DNA from: an uncultured Gammaproteobacteria bacterium
GTDB lineage: Bacteria > Patescibacteriota > Patescibacteriia > Magasanikbacterales > GWA2-37-8
Assembly: GCA_964510885.1 (NCBI GenBank)
Contig: CAZEDL010000001.1
Span: 212,663-276,662, forward strand
Reading direction: 5' to 3'
Length of the DNA stretch: 64,000 nucleotides
Translations under genes and position numbers: made by a program
Shown here: positions 37,289 through 45,327 of the stretch, one piece after another
Numbering within the stretch: the stretch's first letter is position 1
Layout of the letters: the number at the start of each line of letters is the position of its first letter
Notes under the pieces: generated by a model
Told to the model about the DNA's origin: nothing
What the model saw: the letters and a program-made list of their open reading frames with translations, nothing else
Database searches by the model: none

Positions 37289-38003
37289 AGAAATATGTCA
37301 AAAAACCATTGTGTATTTCTTCGATTGCATTCACATTTGATTTACACAGGTTTAGTAATTGATCCGGATCCAAGACCATCTCTTTATTTTGATAGAAATC
37401 AATGCTACAAAAAGTGCCACAGTCACGCTTGAAATTTTCCGGATAAATCTTTTTATTTTCAAAAAACCGAGTAAAAGCCTCTTCTGCAGAAACAGGGCCG
37501 GTTTGAAAATTATACTTACCTTCAGATCGTTCGCAATCATTAAAGGTATAACCAAAATCTAATATTTTTGAATTAGTATAAGTTTCAAATGAGGCATAAT
37601 TTTTAAACATTTTTTCTTTATACCTTGTTTTTATATTCTCAAGGTTATCTGCGCTTCTATAGTTCAAAACCAAGGACTTTGTGCCGACCCGTATTAAAGA
37701 CTTGATGGGGTATTTATCAAATTTTCTTAAAATTCTAAATAAATCATCAATTTTATTACGAAACTCGCCAAAATCAGGAGAAGCTTCAATTTGAAGACCA
37801 AAATTTTCTAAACTAAAAAAAAGAAACTCTGAAAAATCTTCAGTAGCAACATCCACTCGATCGTTTGCCATTCTTATTTTTGTAAACTCTGAATTTCTAG
37901 ATATTAAATACTCCGCCATCTCGCCTTTAAAATCTATGAAAGAAAATTTTCTATTCTTTAATCGAATTTCTAGAAGATGCCTAATTATTTTTGTATCCGA
38001 CAT
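37281..38003 (-). CDS. Hypothetical protein (island cargo)
   Basis: 240 aa soluble, no recognised motif. Confidence 0.4.
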   Translation of the reverse strand: MSDTKIIRHLLEIRLKNRKFSFIDFKGEMAEYLISRNSEFTKIRMANDRVDVATEDFSEFLFFSLENFGLQIEASPDFGEFRNKIDDLFRILRKFDKYPIKSLIRVGTKSLVLNYRSADNLENIKTRYKEKMFKNYASFETYTNSKILDFGYTFNDCERSEGKYNFQTGPVSAEEAFTRFFENKKIYPENFKRDCGTFCSIDFYQNKEMVLDPDQLLNLCKSNVNAIEEIHNGFLTYFYE

Positions 38004-38129
38004 AATAGTAAATTCTATTTTAGAATAGAAATTAAAGCCTTGAATTTTAGAAATTTAAAATTTGTGTATAGGCTAATTTTGCTATACTATAGCAGAAAAT
38101 CAATATTTTACAAGCAAAATCCTCCCACT

Positions 38130-39242
38130 ATGCCCTCCCCTAACCCTCAAGTCGTCACCGCCATAGATACAGGTAAAATGTTAGAAAGACTACATTCTTC
38201 AACACAGACAACCGAGCAGAATTTTCTTCCTACGTTATTTGACTATCTAGAGTATATAGTTAAGAATCCAAAAACTAAGGCTCTGCTTCAGGAATTAGAA
38301 AAATCCCGAACAGATGCCTATAGCAGCTACTTTGAGCTTAAATCGAAGTCAAAAAAAGAACTTGAGAAATCAAAAAAAATACTCTTAGGAGCAGTCGCTA
38401 AAAATAAAATACAGAATCCTCAGCTAAAAGAGCGTACTGAAAACTGGAAACGTTATGAAAAAGGTGAAATAAGTAGCAACGCACTTTATGAGCACCGATT
38501 AGAAAGCTTTCTAATCGATATCTTCGATATTCTTTTTAAAGAGGGGTGCGGATCACTAATTGAGCCTTTATTTCCCAAAAATAACTATGGAAATTTGATT
38601 TTTTCTCCCTCTTTAGCCTTGTTTAAGAGAGAAAGTGAAAGGATAGACGAATTAAGAGATATTGAAATGTGGCATTGTTGGTATTCATTAAAATTTGTAC
38701 CCGAAATATCTAAACAAACTTTTGGCGATATAATGCACTCTCAAGGCCATTTAACTCACGAAGAGATCGGCTATTATTTTGACGCCTTACGTTTTAGGCA
38801 AGAGGGGCGAAAAGAAAAATCCAAGGATTATGAAGAGGATTTGCCAAAATATAAGGGCTATTTGAATCGACTGCACAACTATCTTGTTCAAAGATTGGAC
38901 GAAAGTAAAACCATTCCACTAGAGCAACCAATGACCCACAAGCTCAACTTTTTTCCAGCAGACGGAACAGCTCAATACAGAGGATCCAGCTATATATTCG
39001 CCTCAGGAACCAAAGGGCATGAATTATTAAACTTCTTATTTAACTCAAAAAATACCCCTTTAGAATTGCGCTACTTTCAAGAGCGATGTAACGAGAAAAT
39101 CAGGATCGGAAGGAATAAATTTAAAACAGACAAAGATATTTTAGACACGGTTAACCATATTAAAAAAAGACTGAAAGTGAATAAGAGTGAATACTTTCCT
39201 ATTTTTAAAACCGAAAAATGCTTTATTTGGGAGGAAAAATAG
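38130..39242 (+). CDS. Hypothetical protein (island cargo)
   Basis: start set at ATG 38130 (track ORF starts earlier and overlaps the divergent gene); terminator at 39300-39328. Confidence 0.4.
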   Translation: MPSPNPQVVTAIDTGKMLERLHSSTQTTEQNFLPTLFDYLEYIVKNPKTKALLQELEKSRTDAYSSYFELKSKSKKELEKSKKILLGAVAKNKIQNPQLKERTENWKRYEKGEISSNALYEHRLESFLIDIFDILFKEGCGSLIEPLFPKNNYGNLIFSPSLALFKRESERIDELRDIEMWHCWYSLKFVPEISKQTFGDIMHSQGHLTHEEIGYYFDALRFRQEGRKEKSKDYEEDLPKYKGYLNRLHNYLVQRLDESKTIPLEQPMTHKLNFFPADGTAQYRGSSYIFASGTKGHELLNFLFNSKNTPLELRYFQERCNEKIRIGRNKFKTDKDILDTVNHIKKRLKVNKSEYFPIFKTEKCFIWEEK

Positions 39243-39375
39243 CATTCACTCGGTTCACTTCATTCATCCACATAGAGAAGCAAAGAAAAACCCCATAGAA
39301 TCGTAGTATCAGACACTACGATTTTTTATTTAATACTTGGTTGCAAATCGCTGTTTTTCTTATCTGGCTTTTCCT

Positions 39376-39429
39376 GGGAGGGTTAGGCCGGAAGGTAAGC
39401 AGCGACTTGTTACCAATAACCCTCCCATG
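39376..39429 (+). promoter_or_regulatory. RBS-sequestering hairpin (GGGAGGGTTA…TAACCCTCCC) directly before start codon
   Basis: Perfect 10-bp inverted repeat, 31-nt spacer, 3' arm ends at ATG 39427. Confidence 0.45.
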
Positions 39430-40695
39430 GATACCGTCCGTCTAAAATTTAGCCATTACCTACCCAAAACTTCCTTTTTTAAGGATAAAGTTTTAAGTAA
39501 GGTTTTAGCCTTAGAATCAGGCGCAGGTAAGCGTTATATCTTCACCAACAACGAATGGCGTAAGCAGCGCCAAGCGCAAGGTTTGTATACTCCTAAATAC
39601 TGGATTGAGGAGGATGTTGTAATACCCTCAAATACTTTCTTCTATATCGAGTGCTCTCTGCCCAAGCTGCACTGGGGACAAAATATAACCGAACCAACAG
39701 ATACCGATTTAGAGCCTATAGTCGCCTCTCTAAGAGCTTTTTTGAGAGAAATTGAGGTATATGTCAGTACGGGTCAAATCCTCAACGCTACCCCTACTCT
39801 TGTAGCAGTAGGAAAGAATATTGATCTCACCCGTTTCTGCTCCGTCGACTTAACTCTAAAAGCACTTAGCCCTTTTGACTTCAAGCCAAAAACTAAGCAT
39901 CGGTTTATTGATTTTTTGGATTGTGAGCATGGGGGCAGGCAGATAATTTTTTCCAAAAAAGAAGAAACGCTTAAGCTCTACAACAAACTATCTGAAGTAG
40001 CCAATAATGCTATTACCGATAAAGAAAAAGCTGTAAGGCAGGCCGTTGAGAAGCAGCGTTACCGCTCAGAAGCTATCTATGTCAACGAAATGCTTAGAAC
40101 AGAGCTAACACTTAAAACAAGACGAAAGATAGAGAATAGATTTAAAAAGTACCTGCCTACTGGCCAAGAGGTGAATTTTCAAAATCTCTTCAAAAAATCA
40201 ATTTGGGATAAATTGCTAGCCGAAGAAATAGCGACCGTATATATGCACCCACTACGGCATTTTGTTTTTCTAGCACAAGAAAATAAGCCAATTATTGAGG
40301 CTTTCTTGGACAAAAACCACAAGCATATCGAGACGAAAGATACGGTAATGGGAATTATTGGCTCTTTACAGGAATATGGCCTAGCTCAAACCCGCCAGAG
40401 ATACTTGGCAAAATACGACAGCAGACAGACTTGGTACAACTATCTAAAACGGTTTAAAAAAATTGATGAAGCATACGATTTTAGTTCGCTGGCTAACTCT
40501 GATAATTACAAAATTTACTGCCATATTCTTGGACAATTTGGCTTAGATACTGCCGCCCAAGCTAGTTTTGATTTCGATACATTGTCTAAAAAACTAGACA
40601 GCGAGCAGTGTAATACTAATTGTGATAAACTAACAGCGACCAAGGCGGCTAGTCCGTCTTCTGTGTTGCTCTCTGACAATTTATATGGATGCTGA
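39427..40695 (+). CDS. Hypothetical protein; possible rolling-circle replication initiator (weak Rep_trans-like N-terminus)
   Basis: N-terminal DTVRLKFS resembles iDwLrfTf start of replication-initiation-factor family; otherwise unassigned. Confidence 0.3.
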   Translation: MDTVRLKFSHYLPKTSFFKDKVLSKVLALESGAGKRYIFTNNEWRKQRQAQGLYTPKYWIEEDVVIPSNTFFYIECSLPKLHWGQNITEPTDTDLEPIVASLRAFLREIEVYVSTGQILNATPTLVAVGKNIDLTRFCSVDLTLKALSPFDFKPKTKHRFIDFLDCEHGGRQIIFSKKEETLKLYNKLSEVANNAITDKEKAVRQAVEKQRYRSEAIYVNEMLRTELTLKTRRKIENRFKKYLPTGQEVNFQNLFKKSIWDKLLAEEIATVYMHPLRHFVFLAQENKPIIEAFLDKNHKHIETKDTVMGIIGSLQEYGLAQTRQRYLAKYDSRQTWYNYLKRFKKIDEAYDFSSLANSDNYKIYCHILGQFGLDTAAQASFDFDTLSKKLDSEQCNTNCDKLTATKAASPSSVLLSDNLYGC

Positions 40696-40921
40696 TTGTA
40701 CCCCACAATCCAAGCTCCGCTTTCTAACACCGCCAGAGGTGGCTGCTTTTCTGTGTATTTCCAAAGCCACTGTCTACCGCTTTATTGAGAAGCGAACCCT
40801 CCCCTTCTACAAAATCGGCGGATCAATCCGGTTTAAAGAAAGCGACGTTTTGGACTATATCGAACAGTGTCGGGTACAAACAGCTACAGAACTATATGAG
40901 CACACTAAAACGAGGAAATAA
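40685..40921 (+). CDS. Excisionase/AlpA-like helix-turn-helix DNA-binding protein
   Basis: LTPPEVAAFLCISKATVYRFIEKRTLPFYKIGGSIRF HTH_17 pattern; overlaps int start. Confidence 0.6.
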   Translation: MDADCTPQSKLRFLTPPEVAAFLCISKATVYRFIEKRTLPFYKIGGSIRFKESDVLDYIEQCRVQTATELYEHTKTRK

Positions 40922-42026
40922 CTGGTATATCGATTTCTGGTTTGACCGTATCCGATACCGTAAGCGTAGCCCTGACAATAGCAAAGCAGGGGCAGAGGCT
41001 TACGAAGTACTGCTACGCCAGAAACTAGCTCACGGAGAGCCGATTATAGAGGTTAAAGAGGTTGCTAAAAACATCCCCACCTTTGCAATCTTCTCTCAAG
41101 AGTGGCTAGCGTCGTACGTTCAGAACAATAATAAGTATTCCGAAGCTGAAAATAAACGCTCCGCCCTGAACTATAACCTTATCCCCTTTTTCGGGAAACT
41201 TCCTTTAGATCAGATTGCTACCCGTAACGTAGAGGAATACAAAGCTGCCAAGATTAAGGCTGGACTAAAAAACAAGAGCATCAACAATCATTTGTCTTGC
41301 CTCAGAAAATGCCTGACTACAGCTCAAGAATGGGAAATGCTCGAACATGTGCCAAAGATAAAGCTACTTAAAGTACCACCGCCAGAAACTAAATTCCTAA
41401 ACCAAGCAGAATGCGAACGGTTGCTCAAAGTGGCCACAAACAACTGGTACGACATGATTTTTACCGTCATGCGTACCGGCATGCGATTTGGCGAACTTGT
41501 TGCCCTGAAATGGTCGGATATAGACTTCAACGGAAGAATTATTACCATCCAACGAAGTATAGCCCGTGGAAAAATGGGCAGCACCAAAAGCAACAAAATC
41601 AGAAAAATCCCACTGGCTAGCGACCTATCAAGTCTGCTAGATAGAAAAAGAAGGAACGGAGTATTCGTTTTTGCGGATGGACAAGGGAATCTTCCTAAGC
41701 AGGACTTCTGTCGCAGCCACTTACTACGCCTAGCAGAAAAGGCCGATGTTGAACTTATTGGGTGGCACACTTTACGCCATACCTTCGCCTCGCATCTAGC
41801 TAATAACGGGGTAGCTGTTCATGTCATCCAGCAACTACTTGGACACTCCGACATTAAGACCACGATGCGCTACTCGCATATCGCTCCTACGACGCTGGTG
41901 AACGCAATTAGCGTACTTGAAAACAGCTCTCCACTGTTTTGGACACAGGATGGACACAAGCAAGAAAATTCTGAAATCGGACAGCTCTTCAAAACTTTTT
42001 CTTCGACTCGTATTTTCGCTCAATAA
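40896..42026 (+). CDS. Tyrosine-type site-specific integrase
   Basis: N-terminal arm-binding-like WYIDFWFDRIRYRKRS; C-terminal catalytic R…HTLRHTFAS…H…RY (LGHSDIKTTMRYSHI). Confidence 0.85.
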   Translation: MSTLKRGNNWYIDFWFDRIRYRKRSPDNSKAGAEAYEVLLRQKLAHGEPIIEVKEVAKNIPTFAIFSQEWLASYVQNNNKYSEAENKRSALNYNLIPFFGKLPLDQIATRNVEEYKAAKIKAGLKNKSINNHLSCLRKCLTTAQEWEMLEHVPKIKLLKVPPPETKFLNQAECERLLKVATNNWYDMIFTVMRTGMRFGELVALKWSDIDFNGRIITIQRSIARGKMGSTKSNKIRKIPLASDLSSLLDRKRRNGVFVFADGQGNLPKQDFCRSHLLRLAEKADVELIGWHTLRHTFASHLANNGVAVHVIQQLLGHSDIKTTMRYSHIAPTTLVNAISVLENSSPLFWTQDGHKQENSEIGQLFKTFSSTRIFAQ

Positions 42027-42030
42027 CGCA

Positions 42031-42055
42031 AAAAACAGAGTTGTCTCTGTTTTTA
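42031..42055 (+). terminator. Terminator after integrase
   Basis: ACAGAG-TTGT-CTCTGT hairpin + TTTT. Confidence 0.5.
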
Positions 42056-42062
42056 AATCGCG

Positions 42063-42086
42063 TGTAGCCCGTACGGGAATCGCACC
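42063..42086. repeat. Right att direct repeat (24 bp) overlapping 3' end of tRNA-Glu
   Basis: Identical to 35343-35366. Confidence 0.7.
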
Positions 42087-42136
42087 CGTCTTTGAGCCGT
42101 GAGAGGGCCCTGTCCTAACTGATAGACGAACGGGCC
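42065..42136 (-). tRNA. tRNA-Glu (anticodon CTC)
   Basis: Hand-folded: acceptor GGCCCGT/ACGGGCT (one G-U), U8, D-arm TTCGTCTA… like bacterial tRNA-Glu, anticodon loop CTCTCAC, 4-nt variable loop, T-arm ACGGG-TGCGATT-CCCGT (unusual G at position 55), discriminator A. Confidence 0.65.
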
Positions 42137-42197
42137 ATCAGTTTTAGCAGTGATAGATTAGCAAAAATTTAGCAGATAGTCAACGCTTGGTTGATCC

Positions 42198-43487
42198 CTA
42201 TTTTTGCCATTCTGGACCCTGTCGCACTAACAATGCTTCTGCACGGAGCGGTTCATCCATCACTTCTTTAAGCACTCGCTCAAGACGCATACCCTGCGAT
42301 CCTTTGACCAACACGATATCGCCAGGTGATAATTTTTCCTGTAAAAATTTTCCGGCCGATGCGGTATCGGCAAAGCAAGCCACCTGGTGCTCTGGTAAAC
42401 CGGCCTCTTTAGCACCTTCAGCCGTAAGCTTACTGGCTTCGCCTACGGTAATAAGAAAATCGATATCATGTTCTGCTGCAGAAAAACCTACTTCGCGGTG
42501 AGCATCCCGAGTTTCTTCACCGAGTTCAAGCATGTCACCGAGTACGGCGTAGCGCTCGCCTCCAGGAGGAAGGCGGATTGAGCCGAGTGTCGCCAGGGCC
42601 GCTTTGGCGGCTTCGGGGCTAGAATTATAACTATCATCAATTAAAATAGTCTCTTTAACACCCGGAATCAGATGCATGCGCCCCGGGAGCGGTGTGAGCG
42701 ATCTGAGCAAGGCCGCAGCTTCGATAATATTAACCGAATAAACATCCGCTACTGCCAAAGCTGCCAGAGCAGGCAGCACCAGATGTTCGGCCACAATACC
42801 GGGCAAGAACATTGGCACGCTACTGCCTTTGAAATTAACTTTACAATTTATTCCGCTCGGCAGACCAGCGTCATCATACACAATATGAGCATCGGATGCC
42901 TGGAGTTCCGCATCATGCCGGAACCCATAGGTGATTACACGGGCTGAGGTGGCGGATATTTGTTCGCGCACCAACTCATTATCAATATTCAGAATAGCCA
43001 CACCTTCTGAGGTGAGGTGGCTGATAATTTTTTTCTTTTCTTGGGCAACTTTTTTTACGGTTTTAAAAAATTCAGTGTGGGCGCGACCAATCGCCGTTAG
43101 TACCCCAACATCACAGGGTGCGATATCAACCAAATAGCCAATATCCCCAGGCTTATCGGCAGCCATTTCGAGAACCAATAATTCCGGGTATGAAGGATCA
43201 GTAGACCACAAAAGTTTCTGCGCTTTAATAAACACCAGCGCCCAACCAAACAGCGATGATCCAGGTGAATCTTCTACCCCGATAACTGTAAGCGGCAACC
43301 CGATCTCATTATTATAATTTTTATGACTGGCACGCAGGCGGAATTTTATCTTCAGTACTGCTGCAATTGATTCTTTGGTTGAGGTTTTTCCGACCGAACC
43401 GGTAATACCAATAATTTTCGGCTGATATTTTTTAAGAATTTTTTTAGCATAACTAGCTAGCAATGAATGTAGGGTGTTAGTCAACAT
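42198..43487 (-). CDS. murF: UDP-N-acetylmuramoyl-tripeptide--D-alanyl-D-alanine ligase
   Basis: ITGSVGKTSTKE P-loop, Mur ligase three-domain pattern. Confidence 0.8.
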   Translation of the reverse strand: MLTNTLHSLLASYAKKILKKYQPKIIGITGSVGKTSTKESIAAVLKIKFRLRASHKNYNNEIGLPLTVIGVEDSPGSSLFGWALVFIKAQKLLWSTDPSYPELLVLEMAADKPGDIGYLVDIAPCDVGVLTAIGRAHTEFFKTVKKVAQEKKKIISHLTSEGVAILNIDNELVREQISATSARVITYGFRHDAELQASDAHIVYDDAGLPSGINCKVNFKGSSVPMFLPGIVAEHLVLPALAALAVADVYSVNIIEAAALLRSLTPLPGRMHLIPGVKETILIDDSYNSSPEAAKAALATLGSIRLPPGGERYAVLGDMLELGEETRDAHREVGFSAAEHDIDFLITVGEASKLTAEGAKEAGLPEHQVACFADTASAGKFLQEKLSPGDIVLVKGSQGMRLERVLKEVMDEPLRAEALLVRQGPEWQK

Positions 43488-43490
43488 AGA

Positions 43491-45242
43491 TTAGCGTTCT
43501 TCTTTAATCGTATAATACTGTAGCACAAACTTCATAATATCGTGAAATACGGGGGCGGCGGTAGATTCGGCAAACTGACGGGCAGGCGCTTCGTATTTTA
43601 CAACCACTACAAAACCCGGGTCACGGGCAGTGGCAAACCCGACCAAGGTATGATTGGTATTATCACCATACCCTCCGCCAGCTGAGGCAATTTGCGCGGT
43701 ACCCGTTTTTCCCCCGATATAATAATGGTCAAACTTAGCCAATCTGTAGCTGCTGCCGCGGTCTACTACCGCCACCAGCATACCCGTAATTAGTTTGGCG
43801 GCGGCGGGTGAAATGGCCTGTTCTACCAGCTGCGGGATGGTTTTATCTTTATGGCCGTCTGGATAACGGATTTCCTCCACAATATAGGGCTTTGGGAGTT
43901 GGCCTTCATTAACGAGCGCGGAATAGGCAGCAGCCAGCTGGAGCGGCGTCGCAGTCAACCCCTGTCCAAACGAACCGACGGCCCCATAAATGGGAGATTT
44001 CTTACTGAGCGAAGAGATGTCGCCACCCGCTTCGGTAGGAAGAGTAATGCCAGTACGTTCACCAAAACCAAATTTTTCTACATATTTTCGAAAACGATCG
44101 ATGCCAATTTTTTCTTGCACCCAGATCATACCTGTGTTAATCGAATTTTCTAACACGCCAGTCATGGTCTGTTTTCCGTAACATTTATTCAAGGCATTGC
44201 GGATGGGTTTAGGAAAACCCGAAATCAATCGTTCGCAGGGGTCAACAAAGGTGGTATCAGGGTTTACGAGTCCTAGATCAAGGGCAATTGCCATCGTAAT
44301 AGGCTTAAATACCGAACCCGGTTCATAGGAAGTAAATACACTGGTGTTGTTAAAGGCGCGAAGATCTGGATTGGCGGAATAATTATTTGGGTCAAAATCG
44401 GGCACACTACACATGGCAATAATAGCTCCAGTCTTCGGATTCATTATTACGAGCGAAGCGCTTTTAGCCTGGTAGTCAGCTAACCCCTGACGCAATCGTT
44501 CGCAGGCCATGTATTCAATAGTACGATCGATAGTGAGGAGGACATCCGCCCCATTTTCGGACGGGCGCAGGGTGCGGCCGGCGAGCGTGATCCAGCTGCC
44601 AAGGGCGCCGCGGGCACCAAGCACAAAGCCCGGTTTGCCGGCTAATTTATTATTTAAAAAATCTTCGACGCCATAATGCCCCACTAAATCACCGGCATCA
44701 TTAAAACTGGCAAATCCGAGCACGGGGCCAGCACTGCCACCTTCGGGATAATACCGAAATTCTTGTGGTGAAAAATAAATACCTTTTAACTTACGAGCTT
44801 TTATCGCCGCTACAGTTTCTTCACTGACTTTGCGTTCAATAGGTTCGTAGACATCGGTGCTGCGACTAAGGCGATCGGTGAGCGTTTTTATTTTGTCAGC
44901 ACTGTCGTATCCAAATAGACTCGCCAGCTGGGCGCTGGTAGTGGCAACGTCTACAGCAGGGATCTCTTTTGGAACGGCAAAAGCCAGATAGAACTGTTTG
45001 TTAACCGCTACCGGATACTCTTGTTTGGTGCGCGTATCTTGAAACAAAATTGCTCCTCGCTTGGGGTGTAACTGCTGATAAATCTCATGACTATTTAGGG
45101 CAAATAAATTGTAATAATCATGATTGATCACTTGGAGCATGAACAGACGAAATAGCACCCAGCCGGCAATCAGCAAAAAAAACAACGCCACAAGGCGCAA
45201 GCGATTATCAGTTGATGGAGCAGAAGAAGTTGGTTTATGCAT
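43491..45242 (-). CDS. Penicillin-binding protein 2 / FtsI-type peptidoglycan D,D-transpeptidase
   Basis: N-terminal TM anchor; SVFK, SIN, KTGT motifs. Confidence 0.8.
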   Translation of the reverse strand: MHKPTSSAPSTDNRLRLVALFFLLIAGWVLFRLFMLQVINHDYYNLFALNSHEIYQQLHPKRGAILFQDTRTKQEYPVAVNKQFYLAFAVPKEIPAVDVATTSAQLASLFGYDSADKIKTLTDRLSRSTDVYEPIERKVSEETVAAIKARKLKGIYFSPQEFRYYPEGGSAGPVLGFASFNDAGDLVGHYGVEDFLNNKLAGKPGFVLGARGALGSWITLAGRTLRPSENGADVLLTIDRTIEYMACERLRQGLADYQAKSASLVIMNPKTGAIIAMCSVPDFDPNNYSANPDLRAFNNTSVFTSYEPGSVFKPITMAIALDLGLVNPDTTFVDPCERLISGFPKPIRNALNKCYGKQTMTGVLENSINTGMIWVQEKIGIDRFRKYVEKFGFGERTGITLPTEAGGDISSLSKKSPIYGAVGSFGQGLTATPLQLAAAYSALVNEGQLPKPYIVEEIRYPDGHKDKTIPQLVEQAISPAAAKLITGMLVAVVDRGSSYRLAKFDHYYIGGKTGTAQIASAGGGYGDNTNHTLVGFATARDPGFVVVVKYEAPARQFAESTAAPVFHDIMKFVLQYYTIKEER

Positions 45243-45327
45243 ATCCGAAACGTGCCAGGATAGTATACTCTTTTTTTACGGAGGCAACAATATTAAAAAA
45301 CTCCCGGTTATGCGGGAGTTTTTAGGG

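Larger units (their letters stand above)
35343..42086. mobile_element. Integrative element (~6.7 kb) at tRNA-Glu with integrase/excisionase and hypothetical cargo
   Basis: Flanking 24-bp direct repeats, one copy being the 3' end of tRNA-Glu; int and xis at right end; lower GC than flanks. Confidence 0.65.

Noticed and set aside
42087-42140. Alternative reading of the tRNA-Glu region as a + strand tRNA
   Set aside because: The T-arm-like hairpin would sit at the 5' end in that orientation. Only the minus-strand register gives a complete cloverleaf with the acceptor stem.
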